Shown here piece after piece: positions 29,930-43,928 of a stretch of DNA of 64,000 nt (within the stretch, counting starts at the first letter, position 1; each line of letters begins with the position of its first letter). Source of the stretch: Eledone cirrhosa (taxonomy: Eukaryota); contig OZ024754.1 of the NCBI GenBank assembly GCA_964016885.1, positions 18,600,001-18,664,000 on the forward strand, given 5' to 3'. A program made the position numbers and the translations under genes. The notes under the pieces were generated by a model. The model had not been told where the DNA came from. It saw only the letters and a list, made by a program, of their open reading frames with translations, and did no database searches.

Positions 29930-30110
29930 ATAAGTCCAGGGTTCAGCAATTGTGGAGTAGGACAATTTAATTGTGTGCCTGTTGAAAATGGCATGGTACC
30001 TGTGCTGCTTAGGGAAGTGCTTATCTAAGGGGCTGAAGGAGGGCGGCTGGGTTATACCATACGACATTGCGGGAATGGGTTCGCTTCTTGGTGTAGGCCC
30101 CAGTCCCGCA
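29930..30110 (-). pseudogene. Internally deleted Penelope-like ORF fragment (RT-EN linker)
   Basis: KKRTHSRNVVWYNP / LDKHFPKQHRYHAIFNRHTIKLSYS across a frameshift; same linker as the 54948 ORF. Confidence 0.8.
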
Positions 30111-30789
30111 ACCTGCTCCGTCCGAGTATGCGTTACTCAACTGCCGTGGGCGCTTGAAATGGCAATGTCCCCCCCCCCCCCCCTGGTTCGTCGTTGCCCG
30201 TTGGGTTGGCCATGCCGATTGGAGCGTCCCGAACAGTGTGGTCCCCGTTCGTAGAGAGGGAGGCGGCTCGTATTGTCCACGCTGCCCCTGGGCCTGCATA
30301 GGGGTCACGCGGTCCCCCACCCTGCCTACAACGCCGGCTTCCTCGTTTTCTATTGTCCCTGTTTATTAAACGGTGCCCGCGGTTATTCTCATTTTAAATT
30401 ACAGTTCTTCTAGGATTAGTTTGTAGTGTAGTTCCGGGGATGTTGTTCCTTCTCATGTATTATTGTCAGCGGTTACGTTATTCGATTTGGTATATACTTA
30501 ATTTTCTCTTTGTAACCTGCATTAATTACGTCATTTTTATAATAGTTAGCTACGTTGTTGAAGGTTTCCTGGTCAGCTGGCAGAGATGATATCCTACGAG
30601 ATACGCTATTCACTATGACCCTTTTGATTGACCTGGGATGGTTGGAATTAGCATCAACGTACTTGAGGTACTCAAGTTGAATAACTGTTCAAACTGTCAC
30701 GTTTCAGTTGTAATATTTATTCTAACATTTAAGCCTCTAATATTCTCCCACAACTCGTTTATTTCCGCATTGTGCTTTTTTATAAATAA

Positions 30790-30850
<61 letters not shown>

Positions 30851-30861
30851 GTGACTCCAAA

Positions 30862-30907
<46 letters not shown>

Positions 30908-30928
30908 TTATGTATGTATAGAAATGTA

Positions 30929-30992
<64 letters not shown>

Positions 30993-30993
<1 letters not shown>

Positions 30994-32014
30994 TAGCTGC
31001 TGTACCCGGTAATACCCGGGAAAGGTGGGGTTATTCGCAGTTCCCAGAGTGCACTTGAAAATGCTAGCAACCCTGGGTGCCCATCCTGGATTTTCAATAG
31101 TAACCTTTGTTAGGTGTGTTTATGGCAGATCATTTTTTTTGTGTGGAACTATCAATAGCTGTTTAAGTTCTTCTTCCATCCAGCTTTCTTCATTCAGAGT
31201 GAATAAGCCGGGGAAGTTTGAGCTCGGAGAATATCGAAATTATTCAACAAAGCTTACTGCCTTAGCGCTCAAGAACAAACACAGAACAATTGAGCAAGTC
31301 ATCGCAGTTATTGAAGAAATTATAACCGAGTGAACATATTCAGGTACTGTTCAAGCACCCTGTATATCACCATTTGTAAAGCTCTTCGAATGACTGAAGC
31401 AATTCAATAACACCATCCCGTTTTCCCCCTATAGACATAACCCGAGAAAACACACTATAATAAGTCAGATAAACAATCAAAAGTGTTGGCCCTAAAGAGG
31501 GCCTTGTAACGTTCACTGTTGCAAAATGTCAATAATGGGAGAGAAGTTCCATCTTCTTAATTCGTGTTAATCTTCCCACAATCCGACACCTCGAAATATC
31601 AACAAAATAAACTCTACTCTCAAAGACGGCATGTTACAATTAACATGCCGGGAGTACGAATATTCGTCAACATACAATTTGTGTTTTATTCTTCGGACTA
31701 ATCTACTAAGTTGTTGCCTCGTTTTGGAGAACTGAGTTGTGGGAGGAGGAAGGGGAGTAGTGGGAGGGAGTGTTTAACATACAGTAGTAGTATCTCCTCT
31801 TCTTCCTCTCTCACTGAAACGTCTTCTCTTTCCTCCTCCATTGTAAAGATGGCCCCAGGGTTTATATTATTGATTTTTATTGAAATTCAATTAGCCAGTC
31901 CTATTTCTGAATATTAACTTAACATGTGTGTCAAGTTTCATCAGGATCGAATCACTAGTGTAGGCGCAACAGATACACAGATACACAGACAGAAATTGCC
32001 ATTCATATAGTAGA
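30993..32014 (-). mobile_element. Non-autonomous Helitron (copies at 33527-34570, 36081-37123, 38610-39652)
   Basis: Minus strand begins A|TC and ends with hairpin CCCGG-gtatta-CCGGG, 8 nt, CTAG|T; no TSD. Confidence 0.75.
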
Positions 32015-32022
32015 TAGAAATG

Positions 32023-32072
32023 ACTTCTACAGGACTAGAACTGTTTCATTCGAAGGAAATCATCAAGGAAGC
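32023..32072 (-). ncRNA. Hammerhead-like motif in each tandem unit (also 34579-34628, 37132-37181, 39661-39710)
   Basis: GCTTC-CTTGATGA-tTTC-cttc-GAAt-GAA-ACAG-ttctagtc-CTGT-A-GAAGT; one extra base in the core. Confidence 0.55.
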
Positions 32073-33287
32073 CAACTGTCAATTTGATATGGTGGTATTT
32101 ATAAATTTTTTGTTGGTAGGGGGGAGGGGGTAGTGATTGGGATTGGTGGAGGGCGTTGGCTGATAGTTTTAAAGCACAGGTTCTCAACCCATTTAGGCCA
32201 AACGCCCCCTTTTGTCCCTCGAAATCACGAAACGCCCCCTACCCTATTTTTCAATATACTACTAATTTTGATATCAGTAGATTACTAAAAAAATTATTGA
32301 TTAACAATATTCCAAAGATACCATTGCAGGCAGCTGAGAGTATAAATACATCCTTGAAAGGAAATATATAAATTTCAAAAAAAGGGACATAAATGTTCTT
32401 TTTTTATGAATAAGGACCAGTTGAATTTGTTATATTCCCACCAGGCAATACCAGCTATTTTGAACATTTATACAAGAGCAACTGTCTACCCTAAGAGTGC
32501 TCTTATCTGGAAGAATGTGGCAATTATATCATTTCAAAGCTTTCCAATATTCCCTTTAATGAAACGGACAGAATAAATGTTGATATCTAACTTGATGTCC
32601 CCTCCGCTTTGTGAGCTTAGAGACCACGGAAGAGGGTTTTCAGGGCCATGCGGGAGGGTATATTTATTAGTAAATGGTAAAATATATACAACAAATGAGT
32701 AAGTAGTAGATGGTTTCCACTACAGTCAGACTGCAACTACAAATAAAAAAAATTGTTAGTTTGCTTTGTAACAATAGCATATCCAAGTTTTCGGATAAAT
32801 CAACTTACTTTAACTTTGACCTCATTTCAATGGGACCCTTGAACTTTATGGAGTCTAGCTAACTCTTTGACGTCAGGCTGGATTTTCGTAAGATGTAGCC
32901 GGAGATCTCCACGTGTAATTACATTGTAGCGGTTGCGAGCCTTACTATGCAGTCTGGAAACAGCGCCAAACCTCCTCTCGACTAAGTATGTCTCTTAGCA
33001 AAACTCTTAGCCTCTGCATGTAGGAGTGGAAATCGACGCTTGAAGGTTTCCTGGTCAGCTGGCAGAGATGATATCCTACGAGATACGCTATTCACTATGA
33101 CCCTTTTGATTGACCTGGGATGGTTGGAATTAGCATCAACGTACTTGAGGTACTCAAGTTGAATAACTGTTCAAACTGTCACGTTTCAGTTGTAATATTT
33201 ATTCTAACATTTAAGCCTCTAATATTCTCCCACAACTCGTTTATTTCCGCATTGTGCTTTTTTATAAATAAATTAATAAATAAATAA

Positions 33288-33334
<47 letters not shown>

Positions 33335-33345
33335 GTGACTCCAAA

Positions 33346-33407
<62 letters not shown>

Positions 33408-33428
33408 TTATGTATGTATAGAAATGTA

Positions 33429-33527
<99 letters not shown>

Positions 33528-35839
33528 TAGCTGCTGTACCCGGTAATACCCGGGAAAGGTGGGGTTATTCGCAGTTCCCAGAGTGCACTTGAAAATGCTA
33601 GCAACCCTGGGTGCCCATCCTGGATTTTCAATAGTAACCTTTGTTAGGTGTGTTTATGGCAGATCATTTTTTTTTGTGTGGAACTATCAATAGCTGTTTA
33701 AGTTCTTCTTCCATCCAGCTTTCTTCATTCAGAGTGAATAAGCCGGGGAAGTTTGAGCTCGGAGAATATCGAAATTATTCAACAAAGTTATGTATAAGAA
33801 TAGCAAAGCTTACTGCCTTAGCGCTCAAGAACAAACACAGAACAATTGAGCAAGTCATCGCAGTTATTGAAGAAATTATAACCGAGTGAACATATTCAGG
33901 TACTGTTCAAGCACCCTGTATATCACCATTTGTAAAGCTCTTCGAATGACTGAAGCAATTCAATAACACCATCCCGTTTTCCCCCTATAGACATAACCCG
34001 AGAAAACACACTATAATAAGTCAGATAAACAATCAAAAGTGTTGGCCCTAAAGAGGGCCTTGTAACGTTCACTGTTGCAAAATGTCAATAATGGGAGAGA
34101 AGTTCCATCTTCTTAATTCGTGTTAATCTTCCCACAATCCGACACCTCGAAATATCAACAAAATAAACTCTACTCTCAAAGACGGCATGTTACAATTAAC
34201 ATGCCGGGAGTACGAATATTCGTCAACATACAATTTGTGTTTTATTCTTCGGACTAATCTACTAAGTTGTTGCCTCGTTTTGGAGAACTGAGTTGTGGGA
34301 GGAGGAAGGGGAGTAGTGGGAGGGAGTGTTTAACATACAGTAGTAGTATCTCCTCTTCTTCCTCTCTCACTGAAACGTCTTCTCTTTCCTCCTCCATTGT
34401 AAAGATGGCCCCAGGGTTTATATTATTGATTTTTATTGAAATTCAATTAGCCAGTCCTATTTCTGAATATTAACTTAACATGTGTGTCAAGTTTCATCAG
34501 GATCGAATCACTAGTGTAGGCGCAACAGATACACAGATACACAGACAGAAATTGCCATTCATATAGTAGATAGAAATGACTTCTACAGGACTAGAACTGT
34601 TTCATTCGAAGGAAATCATCAAGGAAGCCAACTGTCAATTTGATATGGTGGTATTTATAAATTTTTTGTTGGTAGGGGGGAGGGGGTAGTGATTGGGATT
34701 GGTGGAGGGCGTTGGCTGATAGTTTTAAAGCACAGGTTCTCAACCCATTTAGGCCAAACGCCCCCTTTTGTCCCTCGAAATCACGAAACGCCCCCTACCC
34801 TATTTTTCAATATACTACTAATTTTGATATCAGTAGATTACTAAAAAAATTATTGATTAACAATATTCCAAAGATACCATTGCAGGCAGCTGAGAGTATA
34901 AATACATCCTTGAAAGGAAATATATAAATTTCAAAAAAAGGGACATAAATGTTCTTTTTTTATGAATAAGGACCAGTTGAATTTGTTATATTCCCACCAG
35001 GCAATACCAGCTATTTTGAACATTTATACAAGAGCAACTGTCTACCCTAAGAGTGCTCTTATCTGGAAGAATGTGGCAATTATATCATTTCAAAGCTTTC
35101 CAATATTCCCTTTAATGAAACGGACAGAATAAATGTTGATATCTAACTTGATGTCCCCTCCGCTTTGTGAGCTTAGAGACCACGGAAGAGGGTTTTCAGG
35201 GCCATGCGGGAGGGTATATTTATTAGTAAATGGTAAAATATATACAACAAATGAGTAAGTAGTAGATGGTTTCCACTACAGTCAGACTGCAACTACAAAT
35301 AAAAAAAATTGTTAGTTTGCTTTGTAACAATAGCATATCCAAGTTTTCGGATAAATCAACTTACTTTAACTTTGACCTCATTTCAATGGGACCCTTGAAC
35401 TTTATGGAGTCTAGCTAACTCTTTGACGTCAGGCTGGATTTTCGTAAGATGTAGCCGGAGATCTCCACGTGTAATTACATTGTAGCGGTTGCGAGCCTTA
35501 CTATGCAGTCTGGAAACAGCGCCAAACCTCCTCTCGACTAAGTATGTCTCTTAGCAAAACTCTTAGCCTCTGCATGTAGGAGTGGAAATCGACGCTTGAA
35601 GGTTTCCTGGTCAGCTGGCAGAGATGATATCCTACGAGATACGCTATTCACTATGACCCTTTTGATTGACCTGGGATGGTTGGAATTAGCATCAACGTAC
35701 TTGAGGTACTCAAGTTGAATAACTGTTCAAACTGTCACGTTTCAGTTGTAATATTTATTCTAACATTTAAGCCTCTAATATTCTCCCACAACTCGTTTAT
35801 TTCCGCATTGTGCTTTTTTATAAATAAATAAATAAATAA

Positions 35840-35882
<43 letters not shown>

Positions 35883-35893
35883 GTGACTCCAAA

Positions 35894-35963
<70 letters not shown>

Positions 35964-35984
35964 TTGTGTATGTATAGAAATGTA

Positions 35985-36081
<97 letters not shown>

Positions 36082-38392
36082 TAGCTGCTGTACCCGGTAA
36101 TACCCGGGAAAGGTGGAGTTATTCGCAGTTCCCAGAGTGCACTTGAAAATGCTAGCAACCCTGGGTGCCCATCCTGGATTTTCAATAGTAACCTTTGTTA
36201 GGTGTGTTTATGGCAGATCATTTTTTTTGTGTGGAACTATCAATAGCTGTTTAAGTTCTTCTTCCATCCAGCTTTCTTCATTCAGAGTGAATAAGCCGGG
36301 GAAGTTTGAGCTCGGAGAATATCGAAATTATTCAACAAAGTTATGTATAAAAATAGCAAAGCTTACTGCCTTAGCGCTCAAGAACAAACACAGAACAATT
36401 GAGCAAGTCATCGCAGTTATTGAAGAAATTATAACCGAGTGAACATATTCAGGTACTGTTCAAGCACCCTGTATATCACCATTTGTAAAGCTCTTCGAAT
36501 GACTGAAGCAATTCAATAACACCATCCCGTTTTCCCCCTATAGACATAACCCGAGAAAACACACTATAATAAGTCAGATAAACAATCAAAAGTGTTGGCC
36601 CTAAAGAGGGCCTTGTAACGTTCACTGTTGCAAAATGTCAATAATGGGAGAGAAGTTCCATCTTCTTAATTCGTGTTAATCTTCCCACAATCCGACACCT
36701 CGAAATATCAACAAAATAAACTCTACTCTCAAAGACGGCATGTTACAATTAACATGCCGGGAGTACGAATATTCGTCAACATACAATTTGTGTTTTATTC
36801 TTCGGACTAATCTACTAAGTTGTTGCCTCGTTTTGGAGAACTGAGTTGTGGGAGGAGGAAGGGGAGTAGTGGGAGGGAGTGTTTAACATACAGTAGTAGT
36901 ATCTCCTCTTCTTCCTCTCTCACTGAAACGTCTTCTCTTTCCTCCTCCATTGTAAAGATGGCCCCAGGGTTTATATTATTGATTTTTATTGAAATTCAAT
37001 TAGCCAGTCCTATTTCTGAATATTAACTTAACATGTGTGTCAAGTTTCATCAGGATCGAATCACTAGTGTAGGCGCAACAGATACACAGATACACAGACA
37101 GAAATTGCCATTCATATAGTAGATAGAAATGACTTCTACAGGACTAGAACTGTTTCATTCGAAGGAAATCATCAAGGAAGCCAACTGTCAATTTGATATG
37201 GTGGTATTTATAAATTTTTTGTTGGTAGGGGGGAGGGGGTAGTGATTGGGATTGGTGGAGGGCGTTGGCTGATAGTTTTAAAGCACAGGTTCTCAACCCA
37301 TTTAGGCCAAACGCCCCCTTTTGTCCCTCGAAATCACGAAACGCCCCCTACCCTATTTTTCAATATACTACTAATTTTGATATCAGTAGATTACTAAAAA
37401 AATTATTGATTAACAATATTCCAAAGATACCATTGCAGGCAGCTGAGAGTATAAATACATCCTTGAAAGGAAATATATAAATTTCAAAAAAAGGGACATA
37501 AATGTTCTTTTTTTATGAATAAGGACCAGTTGAATTTGTTATATTCCCACCAGGCAATACCAGCTATTTTGAACATTTATACAAGAGCAACTGTCTACCC
37601 TAAGAGTGCTCTTATCTGGAAGAATGTGGCAATTATATCATTTCAAAGCTTTCCAATATTCCCTTTAATGAAACGGACAGAATAAATGTTGATATCTAAC
37701 TTGATGTCCCCTCCGCTTTGTGAGCTTAGAGACCACGGAAGAGGGTTTTCAGGGCCATGCGGGAGGGTATATTTATTAGTAAATGGTAAAATATATACAA
37801 CAAATGAGTAAGTAGTAGATGGTTTCCACTACAGTCAGACTGCAACTACAAATAAAAAAAATTGTTAGTTTGCTTTGTAACAATAGCATATCCAAGTTTT
37901 CGGATAAATCAACTTACTTTAACTTTGACCTCATTTCAATGGGACCCTTGAACTTTATGGAGTCTAGCTAACTCTTTGACGTCAGGCTGGATTTTCGTAA
38001 GATGTAGCCGGAGATCTCCACGTGTAATTACATTGTAGCGGTTGCGAGCCTTACTATGCAGTCTGGAAACAGCGCCAAACCTCCTCTCGACTAAGTATGT
38101 CTCTTAGCAAAACTCTTAGCCTCTGCATGTAGGAGTGGAAATCGACGCTTGAAGGTTTCCTGGTCAGCTGGCAGAGATGATATCCTACGAGATACGCTAT
38201 TCACTATGACCCTTTTGATTGACCTGGGATGGTTGGAATTAGCATCAACGTACTTGAGGTACTCAAGTTGAATAACTGTTCAAACTGTCACGTTTCAGTT
38301 GTAATATTTATTCTAACATTTAAGCCTCTAATATTCTCCCACAACTCGTTTATTTCCGCATTGTGCTTTTTTATAAATAAATAAATAAATAA

Positions 38393-38435
<43 letters not shown>

Positions 38436-38446
38436 GTGACTCCAAA

Positions 38447-38506
<60 letters not shown>

Positions 38507-38527
38507 TTGTGTATGTATAGAAATGTA

Positions 38528-38610
<83 letters not shown>

Positions 38611-39812
38611 TAGCTGCTGTACCCGGTAATACCCGGGAAAGGTGGAGTTATTCGCAGTTCCCAGAGTGCACTTGAAAATGCTAGCAACCCTGGGTGCCCA
38701 TCCTGGATTTTCAATAGTAACCTTTGTTAGGTGTGTTTATGGCAGATCATTTTTTTTGTGTGGAACTATCAATAGCTGTTTAAGTTCTTCTTCCATCCAG
38801 CTTTCTTCATTCAGAGTGAATAAGCCGGGGAAGTTTGAGCTCGGAGAATATCGAAATTATTCAACAAAGTTATGTATAAAAATAGCAAAGCTTACTGCCT
38901 TAGCGCTCAAGAACAAACACAGAACAATTGAGCAAGTCATCGCAGTTATTGAAGAAATTATAACCGAGTGAACATATTCAGGTACTGTTCAAGCACCCTG
39001 TATATCACCATTTGTAAAGCTCTTCGAATGACTGAAGCAATTCAATAACACCATCCCGTTTTCCCCCTATAGACATAACCCGAGAAAACACACTATAATA
39101 AGTCAGATAAACAATCAAAAGTGTTGGCCCTAAAGAGGGCCTTGTAACGTTCACTGTTGCAAAATGTCAATAATGGGAGAGAAGTTCCATCTTCTTAATT
39201 CGTGTTAATCTTCCCACAATCCGACACCTCGAAATATCAACAAAATAAACTCTACTCTCAAAGACGGCATGTTACAATTAACATGCCGGGAGTACGAATA
39301 TTCGTCAACATACAATTTATGTTTTATTCTTCGGACTAATCTACTAAGTTGTTGCCTCGTTTTGGAGAACTGAGTTGTGGGAGGAGGAAGGGGAGTAGTG
39401 GGAGGGAGTGTTTAACATACAGTAGTAGTATCTCCTCTTCTTCCTCTCTCACTGAAACGTCTTCTCTTTCCTCCTCCATTGTAAAGATGGCCCCAGGGTT
39501 TATATTATTGATTTTTATTGAAATTCAATTAGCCAGTCCTATTTCTGAATATTAACTTAACATGTGTGTCAAGTTTCATCAGGATCGAATCACTAGTGTA
39601 GGCGCAACAGATACACAGATACACAGACAGAAATTGCCATTCATATAGTAGATAGAAATGACTTCTACAGGACTAGAACTGTTTCATTCGAAGGAAATCA
39701 TCAAGGAAGCCAACTGTCAATTTGATATGGTGGTATTTATAAATTTTTTGTTGGTAGGGGGGAGGGGGTAGTGATTGGGATTGGTGGAGGGCGTTGGCTG
39801 ATAGTTTTAAAG

Positions 39813-40830
39813 CACAGGTTCTCAACCCATTTAGGCCAAACGCCCCCTTTTGTCCCTCGAAATCACGAAACGCCCCCTACCCTATTTTTCAATATACTAC
39901 TAATTTTGATATCAGTAGATTACTAAAAAAATTATTGATTAACAATATTCCAAAGATACCATTGCAGGCAGCTGAGAGTATAAATACATCCTTGAAAGGA
40001 AATATATAAATTTCAAAAAAAGGGACATAAATGTTCTTTTTTTATGAATAAGGACCAGTTGAATTTGTTATATTCCCACCAGGCAATACCAGCTATTTTG
40101 AACATTTATACAAGAGCAACTGTCTACCCTAAGAGTGCTCTTATCTGGAAGAATGTGGCAATTATATCATTTCAAAGCTTTCCAATATTCCCTTTAATGA
40201 AACGGACAGAATAAATGTTGATATCTAACTTGATGTCCCTCCGCTTTGTGAGCTTAGAGACCACGGAAGAGGGTTTTCAGGGCCATGCGGGAGGGTATAT
40301 TTATTAGTAAATGGTAAAATATATACAACAAATGAGTAAGTAGTAGATGGTTTCCACTACAGTCAGACTGCAACTACAAATAAAAAAAATTGTTAGTTTG
40401 CTTTGTAACAATAGCATATCCAAGTTTTCGGATAAATCAACTTACTTTAACTTTGACCTCATTTCAATGGGACCCTTGAACTTTATGGAGTCTAGCTAAC
40501 TCTTTGACGTCAGGCTGGATTTTCGTAAGATGTAGCCGGAGATCTCCACGTGTAATTACATTGTAGCGGTTGCGAGCCTTACTATGCAGTCTGGAAACAG
40601 CGCCAAACCTCCTCTCGACTAAGTATGTCTCTTAGCAAATCTCTTAGCCTCTGCATGTAGGAGTGGAAATCGACGCTGAATTTCCTCTTGCATCCAAAAA
40701 GGGCTTCACCTATTTTGGGAAATCTAATTTTGATCATTTTTTGATCAATTCTAACCAAATAAAGGGTTTTCATTAAGTGGCTGTATTAACATGTTCTGTT
40801 AAAGGATGGTGAAGTCTGCAAATGGTAAGG
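39813..40830 (-). mobile_element. 3' part of a hAT (Buster/Charlie-like) DNA transposon; truncated copies in units 1-3 (e.g. 32175-33040)
   Basis: TIR-like CACAGGTTCTCAACC beside target-like TTTTAAAG. Minus strand 40464-~40710 reads FWMQEEIQRRFPLLHAEAK / TYLVERRFGAVSRLHSKARNRYNVITRGDLRLHLTKIQPDVKELARLHKVQGSH*. Confidence 0.85.
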
Positions 40831-40853
40831 TGTTTACAACCCTCCCCCCCACC

Positions 40854-40957
<104 letters not shown>

Positions 40958-40968
40958 AGTGTGTGTGT

Positions 40969-41068
40969 GTTGGTGTAAGAGTATCCTATCTTTACTGTAT
41001 GGCGATTAAATATCTTTCGAAAGATATTTAATCGCAATACAGTAAAAATAGGATACTCTTGCACCAAC
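40969..41068. repeat. 100-bp near-perfect palindrome at the truncated 5' end of a PLE
   Basis: Centred on TTTCGAAA (41018/41019); the right half encodes KIFNRNTVKIGYSCTN. Confidence 0.9.
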
Positions 41069-41548
41069 AGTGTAAAAACCTATATCACCGGCAAGCACAA
41101 AAGCCCTTCACCATAACGCTGCTCATGTAGAAGACCTGAATCATGTCCACTAGACCAACAGTGCAACACTCCGGCAGTGATTTACCAAGCAGAGGTTACC
41201 TCCACTAACCCAGAACCACCAAACTGAAGCCTGGACCTATGTTGGTATGTCCGAGAGCCAGTTTAAAAACCGGTTCCTGAAGTACCAAACAACATTCAGA
41301 TATTCCGGTAAAAAACCACCCAGCTCGCAAACAATGGCACGCTTTTTCCCATAAAATGGCGTATTTTGGAAAGATCTACCACCTACGTAAATGGGTCGAA
41401 ATTTTGTCGGCTTTGTAATTCTGAAAAATGGTGGATACTCTCACAATTAGCTTCGGATAAGTACTGCCTCAACACACGGCACGATTGCTTTGGCGGTTGT
41501 CCCCAAGTGAAGAAATATATTTTGGATAAATGGCTTAGGCCTGACTAA
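41019..41548 (+). pseudogene. Penelope-like (Naiad-like) GIY-YIG endonuclease fragment, frameshifted
   Basis: RCSCRRPESCPLDQQC, AVIYQAEV...WTYVGMSESQFKNRF, KWRILE...KFCRLCNSEKWWIL...LN. Confidence 0.88.
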
Positions 41549-41997
41549 CAGGTCTAGAAGTATCTTTTGATTTACTGACTATATTGTAATTCAGTGAAAT
41601 TGGATCTTTAGAAATTATTGTGCTTCTATTTTCATTCAAAATTGACTCTGGTCTATCAAGAGTTACCTCCCTAGTATCTTACCCTATTTTTTTTTAAATA
41701 ACCGCTTTTTCTATACTTTTTTCTAAATTACCTGCCCCCTGCGTAAACTCTTTTGTTATATCCCTATAGGGAAAGCACAATTAACCATAGGCGTCTATCT
41801 TTGTTTTTATTTTTCTCATGACAGGCTGAATGAATAGGGAAAGCACAATTAACCACAGGCGTCTATCTTTGTTTTTATCAACGAAACTTGAGTACTTGTT
41901 TATGTCACTGTTGTAATTATTTATACTAAACTCGTTCTATGGACTGAATGCTCTTACTCTTGTATATTTCCACTCTTACTCTTGTATATTTCCAGAA

Positions 41998-42095
<98 letters not shown>

Positions 42096-42529
42096 CTAAA
42101 ACTATGGTTGAAAAAAGAGTAATGAAAAAAGAAAAAAAAAACGAAGACATTTATTCAATATTCTGACCGTAAAAGGCTCTAATCCTAAATAGTGAGTCCA
42201 AGTGTAACAAACTGTAACAATAGAGACGTGAAACTAAATGTTACGACATACAGCAAGCTGTAAACACTTCAGCTGAAACCAATCAATGAAAGTCACAGAT
42301 CTCAAGTTGGTTGTTAAGTTGGTTGATGAAGATCGCCTCATTAATTCTTTCGTTGCTGACATTTCTCGGCAACACTTCTACTGTAGTGACTGTGACCTTC
42401 CTGTTAAAGTATTTATCCAAGTGCTATCGCATCTCCCCCTACCTCATCGCCCCAGAAGACACGTTTATATATAAATGTTTGTCGACGTAAATATATAGTA
42501 GGCGAATATTATAATGTATTAAATATAAT

Positions 42530-42745
42530 GGTTTCTGATTTAGGCACAAGGCCATCCATTTTTTTTGTAGTGGGGAGGAGAAAGTCGATTAAATCGTCTC
42601 CAGTGCGTGACAGGTACTTTATTTTATCGACCCCGTAAGGATGAAGGGCAAAGTTAACTTAGCTGGGATTTGAACTCAGAACTTAAAGGGCCATAACTCG
42701 ATGCTGCAAAGCATGTTGTCTGACGCTCTACCGATACTGCCAATG
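42530..42745 (-). mobile_element. tRNA-derived SINE
   Basis: Homologous to 29340-29522. Confidence 0.8.
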
Positions 42746-42924
42746 TATTAAATATAATAAACCATAAAAGATTATAAGTATATTTTTTTGTTGTTGTTTA
42801 GATCAATGTCTTCCCCATTTGAACAGACGTTCCAGACGAGACCAAGTCATCTTTTTGTATATCTGTGATTAGGTTTTTTAAAAGACAGTCATTGCATGTA
42901 ACCACAGTTTACTTGGTGAGTAAA

Positions 42925-43262
42925 ATGACGTGATGATAATCTCAGCCAGGGCTTACACTTCTCAAAGGATTTCTTTCTCTCGCCCGGGTATCCCTCGGTT
43001 AGAAGAAAGGTAAAGGTTAAGATGACGTGAGGATAATGTTAACCAGGGTTGGGTTTAAGCCACCTAGAGTGGGTCGTACACTTATCAATGGGCTTTTCTG
43101 TCTGGCCTGGGAATCCCTGGGTTAGAGGAAAGGTATGGGTTAAGATAACGTGATGATAACCTTAGCCATGACTGGGTTTAAGTCACCCCTCACCAGGGTG
43201 GGCCTGCAATTATCAAGGGGGTTCTCTCTCACCCGGGTATTCCTGGGTTAGAGGAAAGGTAA
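42925..43262 (+). repeat. Three imperfect ~95-125 bp tandem repeats
   Basis: ATGACGTGATGATAA...GGTTAGAGGAAAGGTA recurs three times. Confidence 0.8.
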
Positions 43263-43416
43263 TGCCAATACATCTGAGTACGACAGCTGGCTGCTGAGGT
43301 TACCAAGATGGGCAGCAATTCCAAACTCAAAATTCATAATGGGGATTCGCTCCATTTGTAGGTTTGATCGATGGTCTGTGGATTCTGGTTGATTTCACAG
43401 ATGCACACACAACACT

Positions 43417-43463
<47 letters not shown>

Positions 43464-43928
43464 AAGTGAGTCCTTCATCAGTGACCCTCAAACCGTCCTG
43501 GGCATTTCATCGCTTTAAGGGCCATATGCCTCGGGTTGGTGCGAACAACGGCTAAAAAAAGTCGTTGGGACACGTAAATAGAGGGGACGCCAGAGTAACA
43601 ACAAAAAAGTTTTAGCAACGGAAAGTGAGTAGAAATAGACAAGTCCCAGATCTCTATGAATATAAACTCTGTGAAATCGTGAACAAGAGACAAAAGACCA
43701 TCAAACCTGGTTGAAATGTGAGCAAGGAAAGAATTTCGCCCAAGTTTGACGGGGGGGGGGGGGGGGAGAAGAGAGAGAGAAAAAGGAGAGAAGAGGAAGA
43801 AGAAGAAGAAGAAGAAGAAGAAGATAAAGGGGTCTGCTCTACGAATTCAGTAAACGTAAGTTTTGTGAAGTCGCAGACGAAAGAGAGAGAGAGATTACAA
43901 TAATCAAAGTTCAGTTTAAATCATTTAT

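Larger units (their letters stand above)
30558..40680 (+). repeat. Four near-identical tandem copies of a ~2.5-kb segment (starts 30558, 33040, 35596, 38149)
   Basis: Junction ATCGACGCT|TGAAGGTTTCC occurs three times. Units differ mainly in microsatellite length; unit 1 has a 21-bp deletion. Confidence 0.97.

Noticed and set aside
31025-32371. Short plus-strand ORFs repeated in each tandem unit
   Set aside because: They start at GTG/TTG, have no recognisable domain, and lie inside transposon remnants.
43465-43490. Minus-strand CTGATGA
   Set aside because: No stem II or GAAA follows.
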